Assembly: GCA_048213135.1 (NCBI GenBank)
Contig: PS015009.1
Location: 868,001-932,000 of the forward strand
Length of the DNA stretch: 64,000 nucleotides
Direction of reading: 5' to 3'
Source: Reclinomonas americana ATCC 50394
Taxonomy: Eukaryota
The translations under genes were made by a program, and so were the position numbers. This document shows positions 20,205 through 29,678 of this stretch, piece by piece. The notes below the pieces were generated by a model. That model searched no databases, had not been told where the DNA came from, and was given only the letters and a program-made list of their open reading frames with translations. Numbering within the stretch: the first letter of the stretch is position 1; each line of letters starts with the position of its first letter.

Positions 20205-20314
20205 GAGATCCCTCGTTCCTCGGGATGACACCTCGTTCCTCGGGATGACGCCCCGCTCCTTTTGAATGACGTCTCGTACTCGGGGATGACGCCTTCTTCT
20301 TCGGGATGACGTCC
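20205..20314 (-). repeat. Right terminal array: five ~20-nt REP-like units, inverted relative to the left array
   Basis: gagatccctcgttcctcgggatgaca / cctcgttcctcgggatgacg / ccccgctccttttgaatgacg / tctcgtactcggggatgacg / ccttcttcttcgggatgacg. Confidence 0.9.
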
Positions 20315-20326
20315 TGCTCTTCCGGG

Positions 20327-21211
20327 CTAATATAAGTTCATCAGGATTTGTTTCATCGCTTCCCGGTTCTTCCAGGGTATTTGGTGATCGGCGCCTTTAA
20401 TGGTATCCGCTTTTATGGAACGGGCATTGACCATCATTTTTTCTCCGTATGCGATGTTGCCTAGGGGCACCCAGGTATCTTCATCGCCATGTACAAATAT
20501 GACGTCCGTCTTTATTTTCGAAAGCTCGCCTGCCAGCGGTTTAAGATCATCTTTCAGGTACAATAATTCTGTATTGCTCGGCCCAAAAGCCCCGGGCAGG
20601 CACCAGTACAGGGGTTTGTACCGCATGATGTGCCGCCAGGTCTCCCTTTTTTCCTGTGCAGGATCCAGCGCCCCGGCAACGATTACGATGGCTTTGAAAA
20701 ATAAAGGTTCATCTGCGGCCAGTTTAGCCGTTACAGGCCCGCCCATACTGTGCCCGCAGAGATACATAGGCCGATCGTTCTTCAATTTTTTCAGAACAGG
20801 CATAATGATATTGCATTGGTCTTCCAGGTGCATGGCCTTGCCGAAATCGCTGTAACCAAAACCCGGCCTGTCGATACTCACCATTCGGAACTTTGTACGC
20901 AAAGCGCTGTCGTACATAAACCTCATATAATGAAACCAACTGCCGGGTGAACCATGTATAAAGACCAGTGTGGGCAATTGATCATCACCTGTAACCGCGT
21001 AGTGCAGGTGGCGCCCGTTGATGAGGGTATCGCCAATGGTGAGCGGGGCATTTTTCTTTTTGAAAACGGCCGTGGCCTTACTGTCATTCCAGCGCATACG
21101 CATGCAGCACTGGCAAAAGATCATATAGCCCAGCAGCAGGGCAATGGTAATAACGGAGAGTCGCATTACCTTACTACGAAATGAACGCTTTTTTGTTACA
21201 TCAGACCTCAT
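20327..21211 (-). CDS. Alpha/beta hydrolase (start uncertain, 21211 or 21166)
   Basis: HGSPGS, DRPGFGYS, GHSMGG, HGDEDTWV, GADH. Confidence 0.88.
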   Translation of the reverse strand: MRSDVTKKRSFRSKVMRLSVITIALLLGYMIFCQCCMRMRWNDSKATAVFKKKNAPLTIGDTLINGRHLHYAVTGDDQLPTLVFIHGSPGSWFHYMRFMYDSALRTKFRMVSIDRPGFGYSDFGKAMHLEDQCNIIMPVLKKLKNDRPMYLCGHSMGGPVTAKLAADEPLFFKAIVIVAGALDPAQEKRETWRHIMRYKPLYWCLPGAFGPSNTELLYLKDDLKPLAGELSKIKTDVIFVHGDEDTWVPLGNIAYGEKMMVNARSIKADTIKGADHQIPWKNREAMKQILMNLY

Positions 21212-21446
21212 CGGAATTTTCCGGGAGATGGCTGTACTCCCCGCGGATGGAATAGTATCCAAATATCATCAATCCAATGGAGATGGGCGTAAAAATACCG
21301 ATGATGATGGCCCAGGGAATGGGTTTATTGATGTCTTTGGTACCGTTACTGTCAATATGCTGCACCGCTCCCATAACGAGGAAGATGATCACCGCCGGGC
21401 CCAGCAGCATCCACACAATACCCATAATCTTTTTCAAACTGTTCAT
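21201..21446 (-). CDS. Small two-TM membrane protein (DUF6814-like)
   Basis: KKIMGIVWMLLGP...WAIIIGIFTPI...GEY; directly downstream of the MFS gene. Confidence 0.75.
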   Translation of the reverse strand: MNSLKKIMGIVWMLLGPAVIIFLVMGAVQHIDSNGTKDINKPIPWAIIIGIFTPISIGLMIFGYYSIRGEYSHLPENSDEV

Positions 21447-21455
21447 ACAATAGCT

Positions 21456-23033
21456 TTAGTCGTTAACGTTACGGTCAATTTTGTTGGAAAGATATAAGGC
21501 GCCAATGATGAAGCAGAGCGCCGCCACACCTATCGGGTACCAGAGCCCCACCAGCGGATCGCCGGTAAAGCTGGCCGACAATAAAGTGGCAATGAACGGC
21601 ACCAGTCCGCCGAATACCCCATTGCCGATATGGTACGGCAGGCTCATGGACGTATACCTGATCCTCGTTGGGAACAACTCTACCAGAAAAGCCGCTACCG
21701 GGCCGTATGCCATCGTTACAAAAACGATCATCACCCATACGAGGAAGATGAATTTCCATTTGAGCGGAGCAGAAAGTATCTTATCCGAATAAGAAGGTTT
21801 GCTGTCGGGCATGCCGATCCCTTTGAAACTGTTCACCCGGGTTTGCAATGTATCAATGCTGGTTCTGGTAAATGTATTCCCCGCGTAGCTGTACTTCTCT
21901 TTTTTATGATCGATGATGATGATAGTTCCATCATCTTTATGAAGTGTATCTGATTTTAAAAGTTGGTGGCTGTCTGAATAATTGAACTTTTGATCATGCT
22001 GCTCTTCAAACTTTGCCATCCACACTTTTGCATCCGCACTCTTCATCAGCTCACCGAATATCGGCCTGTAAAAAATCACGCCCAGCAACATGCCCGTCAG
22101 CATGATCCATTTCCTGCCAATGCGATCACTCAATGCACCAAACACCAGGAAGAACGGCGTCGCCAGCCCTATCGCCCATAATAGTATTTCGCGGTTCTGC
22201 ATGAATTCCAGCTTCACCGTGTTTTCCAAAAATGACTGTGCATAAAACTGGCCAGTGTACCAGATCACACCCTGCCCCATTACCGCGCCGAACAAAGCCA
22301 GTAATACCATTTTGAAATTCGACTTATGACCGAAACTTTCCTTTAACGGGTTGGTGGATGTTTTGCCTTCTGATTTGAGCTTGGAATACAAAGGCGATTC
22401 GCTCATCTTTAACCTGATATAAATAGACACCACCACCAGTAGTATAGACAACCAGAAAGGATAACGCCACCCGCCCCAGTCGGCATTGAAAGCGGTTTCG
22501 CTCATAGTCGACTTCACCAGCATAATCACACCCAATGCTACAAATAAACCCAGTGTAGCTGTGGTCTGTATCCAGCTGGTATAATAACCGCGTTTGTTTT
22601 CAGGTGCATGCTCAGCCACATAAGTCGCCGCACCGCCGTATTCGCCACCCAATGCCAGGCCCTGTATCAAACGCAGCAGCAACACCAGCAGGGGCGCCGC
22701 CATACCTATCGATTTATAACCGGGTACCAGCCCGATGAGAAAAGTGGAACCACCCATGAGAACCAGCGTGAGCAGGAAAGTATATTTCCGGCCGATCATA
22801 TCGCCCAGCCTGCCGAACACCAGTGCACCGAAAGGCCTTACCAGGAAGCCTGCCGCGAAAATGGCCAGTGTGCTAAGCAGGGCGGCCGTTTCATTTCCTT
22901 CGGGAAAGAATTGCGTGGCGATGATTTTAGCCAGCATCCCGAAAATGTAGAAATCGTACCATTCAATGAGTGTGCCCAGCGAAGAAGAGAAGATAACGCT
23001 GGTGATAGATTTGGTAGTTCGCAGATCGTTCAT
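21456..23033 (-). CDS. MFS transporter (metabolite:H+ symporter family)
   Basis: GTLIEWYDF, FGRLGDMIGRK, QGLALGGEYGGA, ELFPTRIRYTSMS. Confidence 0.93.
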   Translation of the reverse strand: MNDLRTTKSITSVIFSSSLGTLIEWYDFYIFGMLAKIIATQFFPEGNETAALLSTLAIFAAGFLVRPFGALVFGRLGDMIGRKYTFLLTLVLMGGSTFLIGLVPGYKSIGMAAPLLVLLLRLIQGLALGGEYGGAATYVAEHAPENKRGYYTSWIQTTATLGLFVALGVIMLVKSTMSETAFNADWGGWRYPFWLSILLVVVSIYIRLKMSESPLYSKLKSEGKTSTNPLKESFGHKSNFKMVLLALFGAVMGQGVIWYTGQFYAQSFLENTVKLEFMQNREILLWAIGLATPFFLVFGALSDRIGRKWIMLTGMLLGVIFYRPIFGELMKSADAKVWMAKFEEQHDQKFNYSDSHQLLKSDTLHKDDGTIIIIDHKKEKYSYAGNTFTRTSIDTLQTRVNSFKGIGMPDSKPSYSDKILSAPLKWKFIFLVWVMIVFVTMAYGPVAAFLVELFPTRIRYTSMSLPYHIGNGVFGGLVPFIATLLSASFTGDPLVGLWYPIGVAALCFIIGALYLSNKIDRNVND

Positions 23034-23177
23034 CCGGTTAAGTTATCAAATAAGCGGCAAACCAAAAACTCAATCAACGGGAACGTTTGCAGTAATCGCC
23101 AGTCATCCGCCAGTCAAATTTGTTGCGCCTGTCCGCATACAAATTTGTAAATTGAACATCCAAAATTGATACATATC

Positions 23178-25079
23178 ATGGCTTATCCTTACCAGGTCCG
23201 CTCACTTGAACAGTACCACAACGACTACCAGCGCAGTGTAGACAATCCCGAAGATTTCTGGGCGCAGATCGCGGAGCATTTTTACTGGAGAAAGAAATGG
23301 GACAAGGTTCTGGAATGGAATTTTACCGAACCGAAAGTGGAATGGTTCAAAGGCGGGCAGCTGAATATTACAGAGAACTGTCTCGACAGGCACCTGGCTG
23401 AACATGGCGATACGCCTGCCATCATCTGGGAGCCCAATGATCCTTCCGAAGGAAGCAAGACCTATACCTATAAAGAACTGCACCGTGAAGTGTGCCGATT
23501 TGCCAATGTACTGAAGAATAACGGCGTGCAGAAGGGAGACCGCGTTTGTATATACATGGGTATGATACCCGAGCTCGCCATTGCTGTGCTGGCCTGTGCC
23601 CGTATCGGCGCCATCCATTCCGTGATATTCGGTGGTTTCAGTGCACAAAGCATTTCGGATCGTTTGCAGGATGCAGGCGCCGCGTTTATCGTTACCTGCG
23701 ATGGCGCTTTCCGTGGCGGGAAGGAAATTCCTTTAAAGTCGGTGATCGACGACGCACTGGTGAGCTGCGATTTTGTACAGACCGTTATCGTTTTTGAAAG
23801 AACGAAAACGCCGGTGAGCATGCTGAAGGGCCGCGACCTTTGGTGGAGCGATGAGATCGCCAAAGCCGATGACCATTGCGAAGCGGAAGTGATGGATGCC
23901 GAAGACGAACTGTTCATTTTATACACCTCCGGCAGTACCGGCAAACCCAAGGGTGTGGTGCATACCGTGGCCGGGTATATGATCTGGACCAACTATACTT
24001 TTGTGAACGTATTCCAGTACCAGCCGGGCGAAATACATTTTTGTACAGCCGACATCGGCTGGATCACCGGTCACAGCTATATTGTTTACGGCCCGCTGTC
24101 TGCAGGCGCCACCTCGCTGATGTTTGAAGGCATACCTACTTATCCCGACGCGGGGAGGTTCTGGGATATTGTGCAGAAATACAAAGCAGGTATCCTGTAT
24201 ACCGCTCCTACCGCCATCCGCAGCCTGATGAGTTTTGGAACGGCCCCCATCAATGGTAAAGATCTTTCTTCACTTCGTGTACTCGGCACCGTTGGTGAGC
24301 CTATTAATGAAGAGGCCTGGCATTGGTACGATGAACACGTCGGCAAAAAACAATGCCCGGTTGTTGATACCTGGTGGCAGACGGAGACCGGCGGCACACT
24401 TATCTCCAACCTGGCGGGCGTTACGCCATCCAAACCTTCTTTCGCCACGCTGCCCATGCCGGGTGTACAACCCTGCCTGGTAGATGAGCACGGTAAAGAG
24501 ATTGAAGGCAATGACGTAAGCGGTAATCTCTGCATCAAGTTTCCCTGGCCCGGTATATTAAGGACAACTTACGGTGATCACGAACGCTGCAGGCTGAATT
24601 ATTTCTCTACCTATGCCAACCTGTACTTTACAGGTGACGGTTGCTTACGCGATGCTGATGGTTTTTACCGCATCACCGGGCGGGTAGATGATGTATTGAA
24701 TGTAAGCGGTCATCGCATCGGCACGGCAGAAGTGGAAAACGCCATCAATATGCACACCGGCGTGGTAGAAAGCGCAGTGGTAGGCTACCCCCACGATATC
24801 AAAGGACAGGGCATTTATGCTTACGTGGTATTTACCGGCAGAATGACGGATGAGGAACTGACCAAAAAAGACATTGCGCAAACCGTTTCCCGCATCATTG
24901 GTGCCATTGCCAAACCCGATAAGATCCAGTTTGTAAGCGGCCTCCCCAAAACCCGCAGCGGTAAAATCATGCGCCGGATACTGAGGAAGATCGCGGAAGG
25001 TGAAATGTCTAACCTGGGCGATACCTCCACCCTGCTTGATCCGGGGGTTGTAGATGAGATCAGGGATGGAAAATTATAA
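23178..25079 (+). CDS. acs: Acetate--CoA ligase
   Basis: YTSGSTGKPKG, ADIGWITGHSY, DTWWQTETGG, PKTRSGKIMRR. Confidence 0.97.
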   Translation: MAYPYQVRSLEQYHNDYQRSVDNPEDFWAQIAEHFYWRKKWDKVLEWNFTEPKVEWFKGGQLNITENCLDRHLAEHGDTPAIIWEPNDPSEGSKTYTYKELHREVCRFANVLKNNGVQKGDRVCIYMGMIPELAIAVLACARIGAIHSVIFGGFSAQSISDRLQDAGAAFIVTCDGAFRGGKEIPLKSVIDDALVSCDFVQTVIVFERTKTPVSMLKGRDLWWSDEIAKADDHCEAEVMDAEDELFILYTSGSTGKPKGVVHTVAGYMIWTNYTFVNVFQYQPGEIHFCTADIGWITGHSYIVYGPLSAGATSLMFEGIPTYPDAGRFWDIVQKYKAGILYTAPTAIRSLMSFGTAPINGKDLSSLRVLGTVGEPINEEAWHWYDEHVGKKQCPVVDTWWQTETGGTLISNLAGVTPSKPSFATLPMPGVQPCLVDEHGKEIEGNDVSGNLCIKFPWPGILRTTYGDHERCRLNYFSTYANLYFTGDGCLRDADGFYRITGRVDDVLNVSGHRIGTAEVENAINMHTGVVESAVVGYPHDIKGQGIYAYVVFTGRMTDEELTKKDIAQTVSRIIGAIAKPDKIQFVSGLPKTRSGKIMRRILRKIAEGEMSNLGDTSTLLDPGVVDEIRDGKL

Positions 25080-25988
25080 TCAGTAGTATTCAAAACGCAA
25101 AGCAAACACCATCGTCACGGAAGGAGATGTGTACACATCTGTCCGTGTTGCTTTTAAAGGATAATCGTTGGTGCTGTATTCATAATTCGAATACGTACGT
25201 ACCACACTGGAAGGATAGATACCGTAGTTGCCGGACCATTGCATGAGGTTGTTCGTAGTTAATTCCACCAGCCTGTCAATATCATCCGAAAAGAAAGTCT
25301 TAACACAGGTAGCGATGTTGGTCTCACCCAGCGGGTTCTTTTTATTGTCATAAGACAGGGATATCGTTTTCGGATCACCGGCTGACACAGGCACCTGGTA
25401 TACCTTTACTCCCGATACATTGGTTCCCGTTGTATAAGACGCGGTATCTTTCTGCCTTACCATGAAAGGCGAACCGTATTCCGTTGCCCTGGCAAAAGCA
25501 TTCGTCAAGTAGGAATAGGTATTGCGTTCGATAAGCACCAGGCTCCTGTACGTCTCTTCTTTCGTAACGCGTCCTGAACCATCGTACGTATAATAAGTGG
25601 TATCGTGCTTGGTTGGGGATTCGCTGCCCAGCAGGGCTTTTACAGGTTTTGTATCGGCGCCTGAATAGTAGAAGGTTAGGTAATCGGCATAGGTGATCAT
25701 ATTGGGTGCCAGCGTGGAATCTTCTGTCCAGAACTTATACCTGGTAACCCTGTTGCTGCCATCGTACTCCACCGTAATGATATAAGCTTCCCTGGAGCCG
25801 GCTTTTGAAGCAATCATCCTTTTCAGCTTTCCGCTGACGGTAGTTCCCGGGGTTGTACCGCCTCCACCTGTGCCGCCGGTTCCACCCGTTCCACCTGTAC
25901 CACCAGCGCCCGCCGCGGTACTTTCTTCCTTGCTGCAGGAAACGAGGACAAATAAAGACACAACAAAAAGAGCGACTGTTCTTAACAT
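25080..25988 (-). CDS. Hypothetical lipoprotein with Gly/Thr linker and YD-like beta repeats
   Basis: Lipobox LVSC, GGTGGTGG linker, YDGSNRV and YDGSGRV, YDNKKNP, terminal FEYY. Confidence 0.75.
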   Translation of the reverse strand: MLRTVALFVVSLFVLVSCSKEESTAAGAGGTGGTGGTGGTGGGGTTPGTTVSGKLKRMIASKAGSREAYIITVEYDGSNRVTRYKFWTEDSTLAPNMITYADYLTFYYSGADTKPVKALLGSESPTKHDTTYYTYDGSGRVTKEETYRSLVLIERNTYSYLTNAFARATEYGSPFMVRQKDTASYTTGTNVSGVKVYQVPVSAGDPKTISLSYDNKKNPLGETNIATCVKTFFSDDIDRLVELTTNNLMQWSGNYGIYPSSVVRTYSNYEYSTNDYPLKATRTDVYTSPSVTMVFALRFEYY

Positions 25989-26066
25989 GTTATTGCGGTT
26001 ACTGGTGAGCATTACCCGGCAAACATAAGATAAAGAAGCATACCAACCATTTTCACCGGTCATCGC

Positions 26067-26194
26067 TAGTGTCTCAGTTCGAAAATGAATAAGTCCGCCC
26101 GCCAGGCCGCTAAGGCCACAAAGGGTTACTGGATAGCATATATACTTTGTGTTCTTCGTGTTTTTGTGGGAAACATATTCAAATGGAAATACTA
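26067..26194. mobile_element. MITE-like shell (degenerate TA-ended inverted termini)
   Basis: TAGTGTCTCAGTTCGAA ... TTCAAATGGAAATACTA; internal inverted cacaaag/ctttgtg. Confidence 0.45.
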
Positions 26195-26199
26195 TATCG

Positions 26200-26916
26200 T
26201 CACCTGATCTTCTTCATAGCACCGACTTCAATTTCCGAACCTTCAGCCAGCATAACGGAAACAGGTTGCAGCCGGTCAAGAAAAGCAAATGCGTCACCAT
26301 ATAACTGTCCAAACTGCACATCAACCCGGTACTCCTTAACCGGGTAAATATTCCACCGCGGGTGCGCTACCGGGTATTCTGATGCCAGGTCGTCCTTCAT
26401 TTTAGTATAGCCCCAGTAATGCTCCGTAATAAACTCCTCCTCGGATCCCGGTCGTATGGCTTGCTGTACCAGATCGGTTTTTACAGCAATACTGTTCCAC
26501 CGGCCGCGATGGCGCCAGGCATAGGAAACCGACAGTTCATTTTCGCTTTCCACCCAGGAATGGCGGGTAGGCAGGGTAATGTATTTTTCTTTGTAGATGG
26601 TGTTCGCCACAAAACTGAGCGCCGGTTTAGGAACGATCTCCTGTATAAAAGTTACACCTCTTTTCCATTCTTCTCCGTCTTTATATCTCACATAAAAACG
26701 CAGGTTGATCTCTTCAAAATTGCGGTGAAACGGAATGGGGATGCCTTTGAGGCGGGTATCGAGGAACATAAATCCGACGAGGCTGATATAGCATTTGTTC
26801 TGCCACAGGTCTATCTCCGTTTGATAAGGCAGGAAAGGCACCAACACCGAAGGATCAACCTCGTAATTGGCGATCGCCAGTTTGCGCCATTGGGCTTTGA
26901 GAAAGACGTTGTTCAT
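26200..26916 (-). CDS. YqjF/DUF2071 family protein
   Basis: FLKAQWRKL..NYEVDP, FEEINLRFYV, FITEHYWGY, HPRW. Confidence 0.88.
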   Translation of the reverse strand: MNNVFLKAQWRKLAIANYEVDPSVLVPFLPYQTEIDLWQNKCYISLVGFMFLDTRLKGIPIPFHRNFEEINLRFYVRYKDGEEWKRGVTFIQEIVPKPALSFVANTIYKEKYITLPTRHSWVESENELSVSYAWRHRGRWNSIAVKTDLVQQAIRPGSEEEFITEHYWGYTKMKDDLASEYPVAHPRWNIYPVKEYRVDVQFGQLYGDAFAFLDRLQPVSVMLAEGSEIEVGAMKKIR

Positions 26917-26917
26917 A

Positions 26918-27454
26918 CTACCAGGTTTTACTAACAAAGCGATTGATCATGTAAATATCCACCAGGCAGCCATCCCGGCAAAACCAGAATTCGGCCTGAA
27001 CAATATCTCTTTGCCCGCAGGATGTTAAAGGTTTAAAACCTGCTTCCTTAGGCACATAAAAAACAGAGTTGGCAAATGGGATGGAGTTAGGGTCCCAGAA
27101 GCGGTATGCGGTTCCCTGTATTACGGCAAACAGACCCGCCCGGTTCAGCGTGTCAACAACCATCAGCACGTGCTCGCCTTGCAGAGGCCATCTTCCTGCG
27201 AGGTCTGCAGCAGTCGCCCCTAAGCCCAGGGGCAGTTTACCATACATGGAATAGTTCCTGGTCTGGCAAAATACCCGCTGTGTATCGGAAGAATGAAGAC
27301 TGGTATACAACATAACCGAGTCCTGGTAACCCAGTACAATAATGTCTTTTATGGCAACGACTTCAGACAAAGCCTGTTTAATATAAATATTCCTCACCTT
27401 GGCGGAAAGGGTAAATCCATAAAGCAACAGTAACGGGAGCAGCCACTTTTTCAT
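26918..27454 (-). CDS. Hypothetical exported protein
   Basis: 178-aa ORF with a signal peptide, co-oriented in an operon-like run. Confidence 0.7.
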   Translation of the reverse strand: MKKWLLPLLLLYGFTLSAKVRNIYIKQALSEVVAIKDIIVLGYQDSVMLYTSLHSSDTQRVFCQTRNYSMYGKLPLGLGATAADLAGRWPLQGEHVLMVVDTLNRAGLFAVIQGTAYRFWDPNSIPFANSVFYVPKEAGFKPLTSCGQRDIVQAEFWFCRDGCLVDIYMINRFVSKTW

Positions 27455-27478
27455 ATTGCTGAATTGATGATAAAGATA

Positions 27479-28692
27479 TTATTCATGCGCCGGTTCCGGC
27501 AGGTTGAAAAAATTGCTTCGTGTTTTATCAAGCACGGTTTTCAGTTTCGCGAAATTTTCCGGCACCGGGTCACAGTTAATAAATTTAGCGATGATTGACC
27601 GGTGACTGTACATGATGATCGTACTTTCCACATCGGGGTCGATCCTGTTCAGATACACTTCCGTTTTTTTGTCACGAAACGAAGGAACGAAAGTCAGTGC
27701 CGTATGTTTCAGTCCCAGTTCCGCACCGGTTTGTGCTAACTCTTTTTCCCTGGCAGCTTTGCTGTAATTATTTTCATTCCCGTAAACGAAATACACTTTC
27801 AGGTATTTACTTCTTGTACTGCTCTCCTTTTCCAGGAAGAGCAGCCACTTTTTTATCTTATTCCAGTCAGGGCGATTACCAACAAAATACAATATACCGT
27901 GATACCGGCCATACTTACACACCGGGCAGGCCTGCGAACCTTTATCGGGGCCAAAAGCATGATAAGGCCCAAAGGAAGGGCTGTCTTCTCCAACTGATAA
28001 CCCCGATTGATTCTTTGCAGCGCCTGTCGCCGGATAACCCGGAATGTTCAACCCCAGTATAATATCATGCTCGGCAACCTGCATATCCTTGTCCAGCACA
28101 ATACGCAGTACACCACTCCCGCCCCGGTTCTCCGTTTTTTTCTTTTTTCGCCTGTCAGCAGTTTATCGTCATCAAACACGAGTTCGTCAACATAATATTC
28201 GTTCATACCCGGCTCTTTTATGGAAAGATGGATATGGGCTGGCATGTCCTCGCCGGGATAAGGTGCAGGACGGATGGTATAGATAGAATAGGCACCATCA
28301 TCGCCTGTTTTAACCCAGCCTCGGATATGCCCGTGGCGGCGTGCACGCTCATCCATTCCTGCTGCGGGTGAATAGTACCCGTTGTTATCCGTTTGCCAGT
28401 AATAAACGATCACACCCGGTGCCGGCGTCATGCCATCGGCTTTAAAAATGGTACCTGTTACCCGTAATTTTTTCCCTTTTTCGGTCCAGCCCGCGCTGGT
28501 ATCCACGGCATTTATTTGTGCAGGCATACCAATGAACATGATCCCGCAACCGTCGCAACCGCCGCCAACAAGCTGGGTATTTTTGGAGTTGGCCTGCTTT
28601 GGGAAATTGTCGGGCGACTGGCCGCTGCAACCATTCAGAAAAAAAGAAAATGTAAGGATGATAAGGCCGGGGAGATGGATGGAATGTTTCAT
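27479..28692 (-). pseudogene. Intradiol ring-cleavage dioxygenase-like lipoprotein split by a one-base frameshift at an A7 run
   Basis: 5' part has GGGCDGC, YYWQTD, HGHIRGW, RPAPYP, PAHIH; the -1 frame after 28135-28141 continues ENRGGSGVLRIVLDKDMQVAEHDIILGLNIPGYP into ORF 27479-28099. Confidence 0.75.
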
Positions 28693-28734
28693 TTTTATTG
28701 TTTCTCACAAAGCTCCCGCATAACTCAATACCGG

Positions 28735-29598
28735 TCAACCGCTTATACCCTGACCTGATGAGTTTATACCCTGTGCTGATGAGTTCTTTTCCATCGCCTG
28801 CCTGAAATCCGCGGTATAGTTACGGCTCAGGCGGAGCTGTTCGCCATTCAGTAAACTGATGTCATAGTCACCATTCAACCTCGACTTCCACGAGGCTACC
28901 TTTTTGATATTTATAACAGCCGACCGGTGCACCTTTATAAAAATGGTCTTATCCAGCTGGCTGTGCAGTGACGTCAATGTTTGCGCATGCAGGTATTGCT
29001 TATCCTCCAGGTGCAGGCTGATATAAGGTGTTGAGGTACGGATATAAAAAATATCTTCCACGGCAACCGTTACATATTTCCGTCCTTGTTGCAGGGTGAG
29101 CGATGCCAGGGTTTGGCAGGGCTCAGTTTCAGCAGGAAGTTTTCCAGGAACTGCTGTTGGTATCCGGGTGAAGAAAGCGAAAGCCGCATAACCGGCCACC
29201 AGTTTATAGAGGTCTTCTGTAATAGTGTACTGCAAAGTTTGCCCGAAACTGTAGGTATGATAATAGAACAACCCGGAAAGAAGAACAACCAGCAGCGGGT
29301 AGACTAAAACATGCAACACCACCGGCGCCAGCACCGCCCGTATCACACCCTGCCCTATCGATTGTTTTTCGGGGTTCCACCGGGCCAACCGGTATTGCAG
29401 TAAGGTAACAGGAAGAAAAAGCAGCCATGACGTATTGAACAATAAAGATTCAGCAAGATAAAAAGATGACCGCTGAAAGGAGGAACGCAGCGCATCATTC
29501 AGCAGTGTGAGACAGGTGAAGGCAGCAACAAGAATACCAACCCTGCTGAATATTTTTTTTGTTCCCGGGGATGCTGAAAAAAACGCGGGTATACTCAT
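28735..29598 (-). CDS. Membrane-bound LytTR family regulator
   Basis: Several N-terminal TM helices; C-terminal FIKVHRSAVIN...NGDY...LSRNY. Confidence 0.9.
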   Translation of the reverse strand: MSIPAFFSASPGTKKIFSRVGILVAAFTCLTLLNDALRSSFQRSSFYLAESLLFNTSWLLFLPVTLLQYRLARWNPEKQSIGQGVIRAVLAPVVLHVLVYPLLVVLLSGLFYYHTYSFGQTLQYTITEDLYKLVAGYAAFAFFTRIPTAVPGKLPAETEPCQTLASLTLQQGRKYVTVAVEDIFYIRTSTPYISLHLEDKQYLHAQTLTSLHSQLDKTIFIKVHRSAVINIKKVASWKSRLNGDYDISLLNGEQLRLSRNYTADFRQAMEKNSSAQGINSSGQGISG

Positions 29599-29626
29599 AC
29601 TTAAATGTAGACCATTTACCCGTATG

Positions 29627-29659
29627 AAAAAGGCGCAACAAAAAATGTTGCGCCTTTTT
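29627..29659. terminator. Intrinsic terminator
   Basis: AAAAAGGCGCAACA-aaaaa-TGTTGCGCCTTTTT just after the M16 peptidase stop. Confidence 0.85.
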
Positions 29660-29678
29660 AACAAATGCTGTTATGGTA

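Noticed and set aside
19725-20314. CRISPR array interpretation of the 20-nt repeats
   Set aside because: The units are contiguous with no unique spacers, the two arrays are inverted around a gene, and no cas genes are present.
25855-25915. GGT-type short repeats
   Set aside because: They encode an ordinary Gly/Thr lipoprotein linker.
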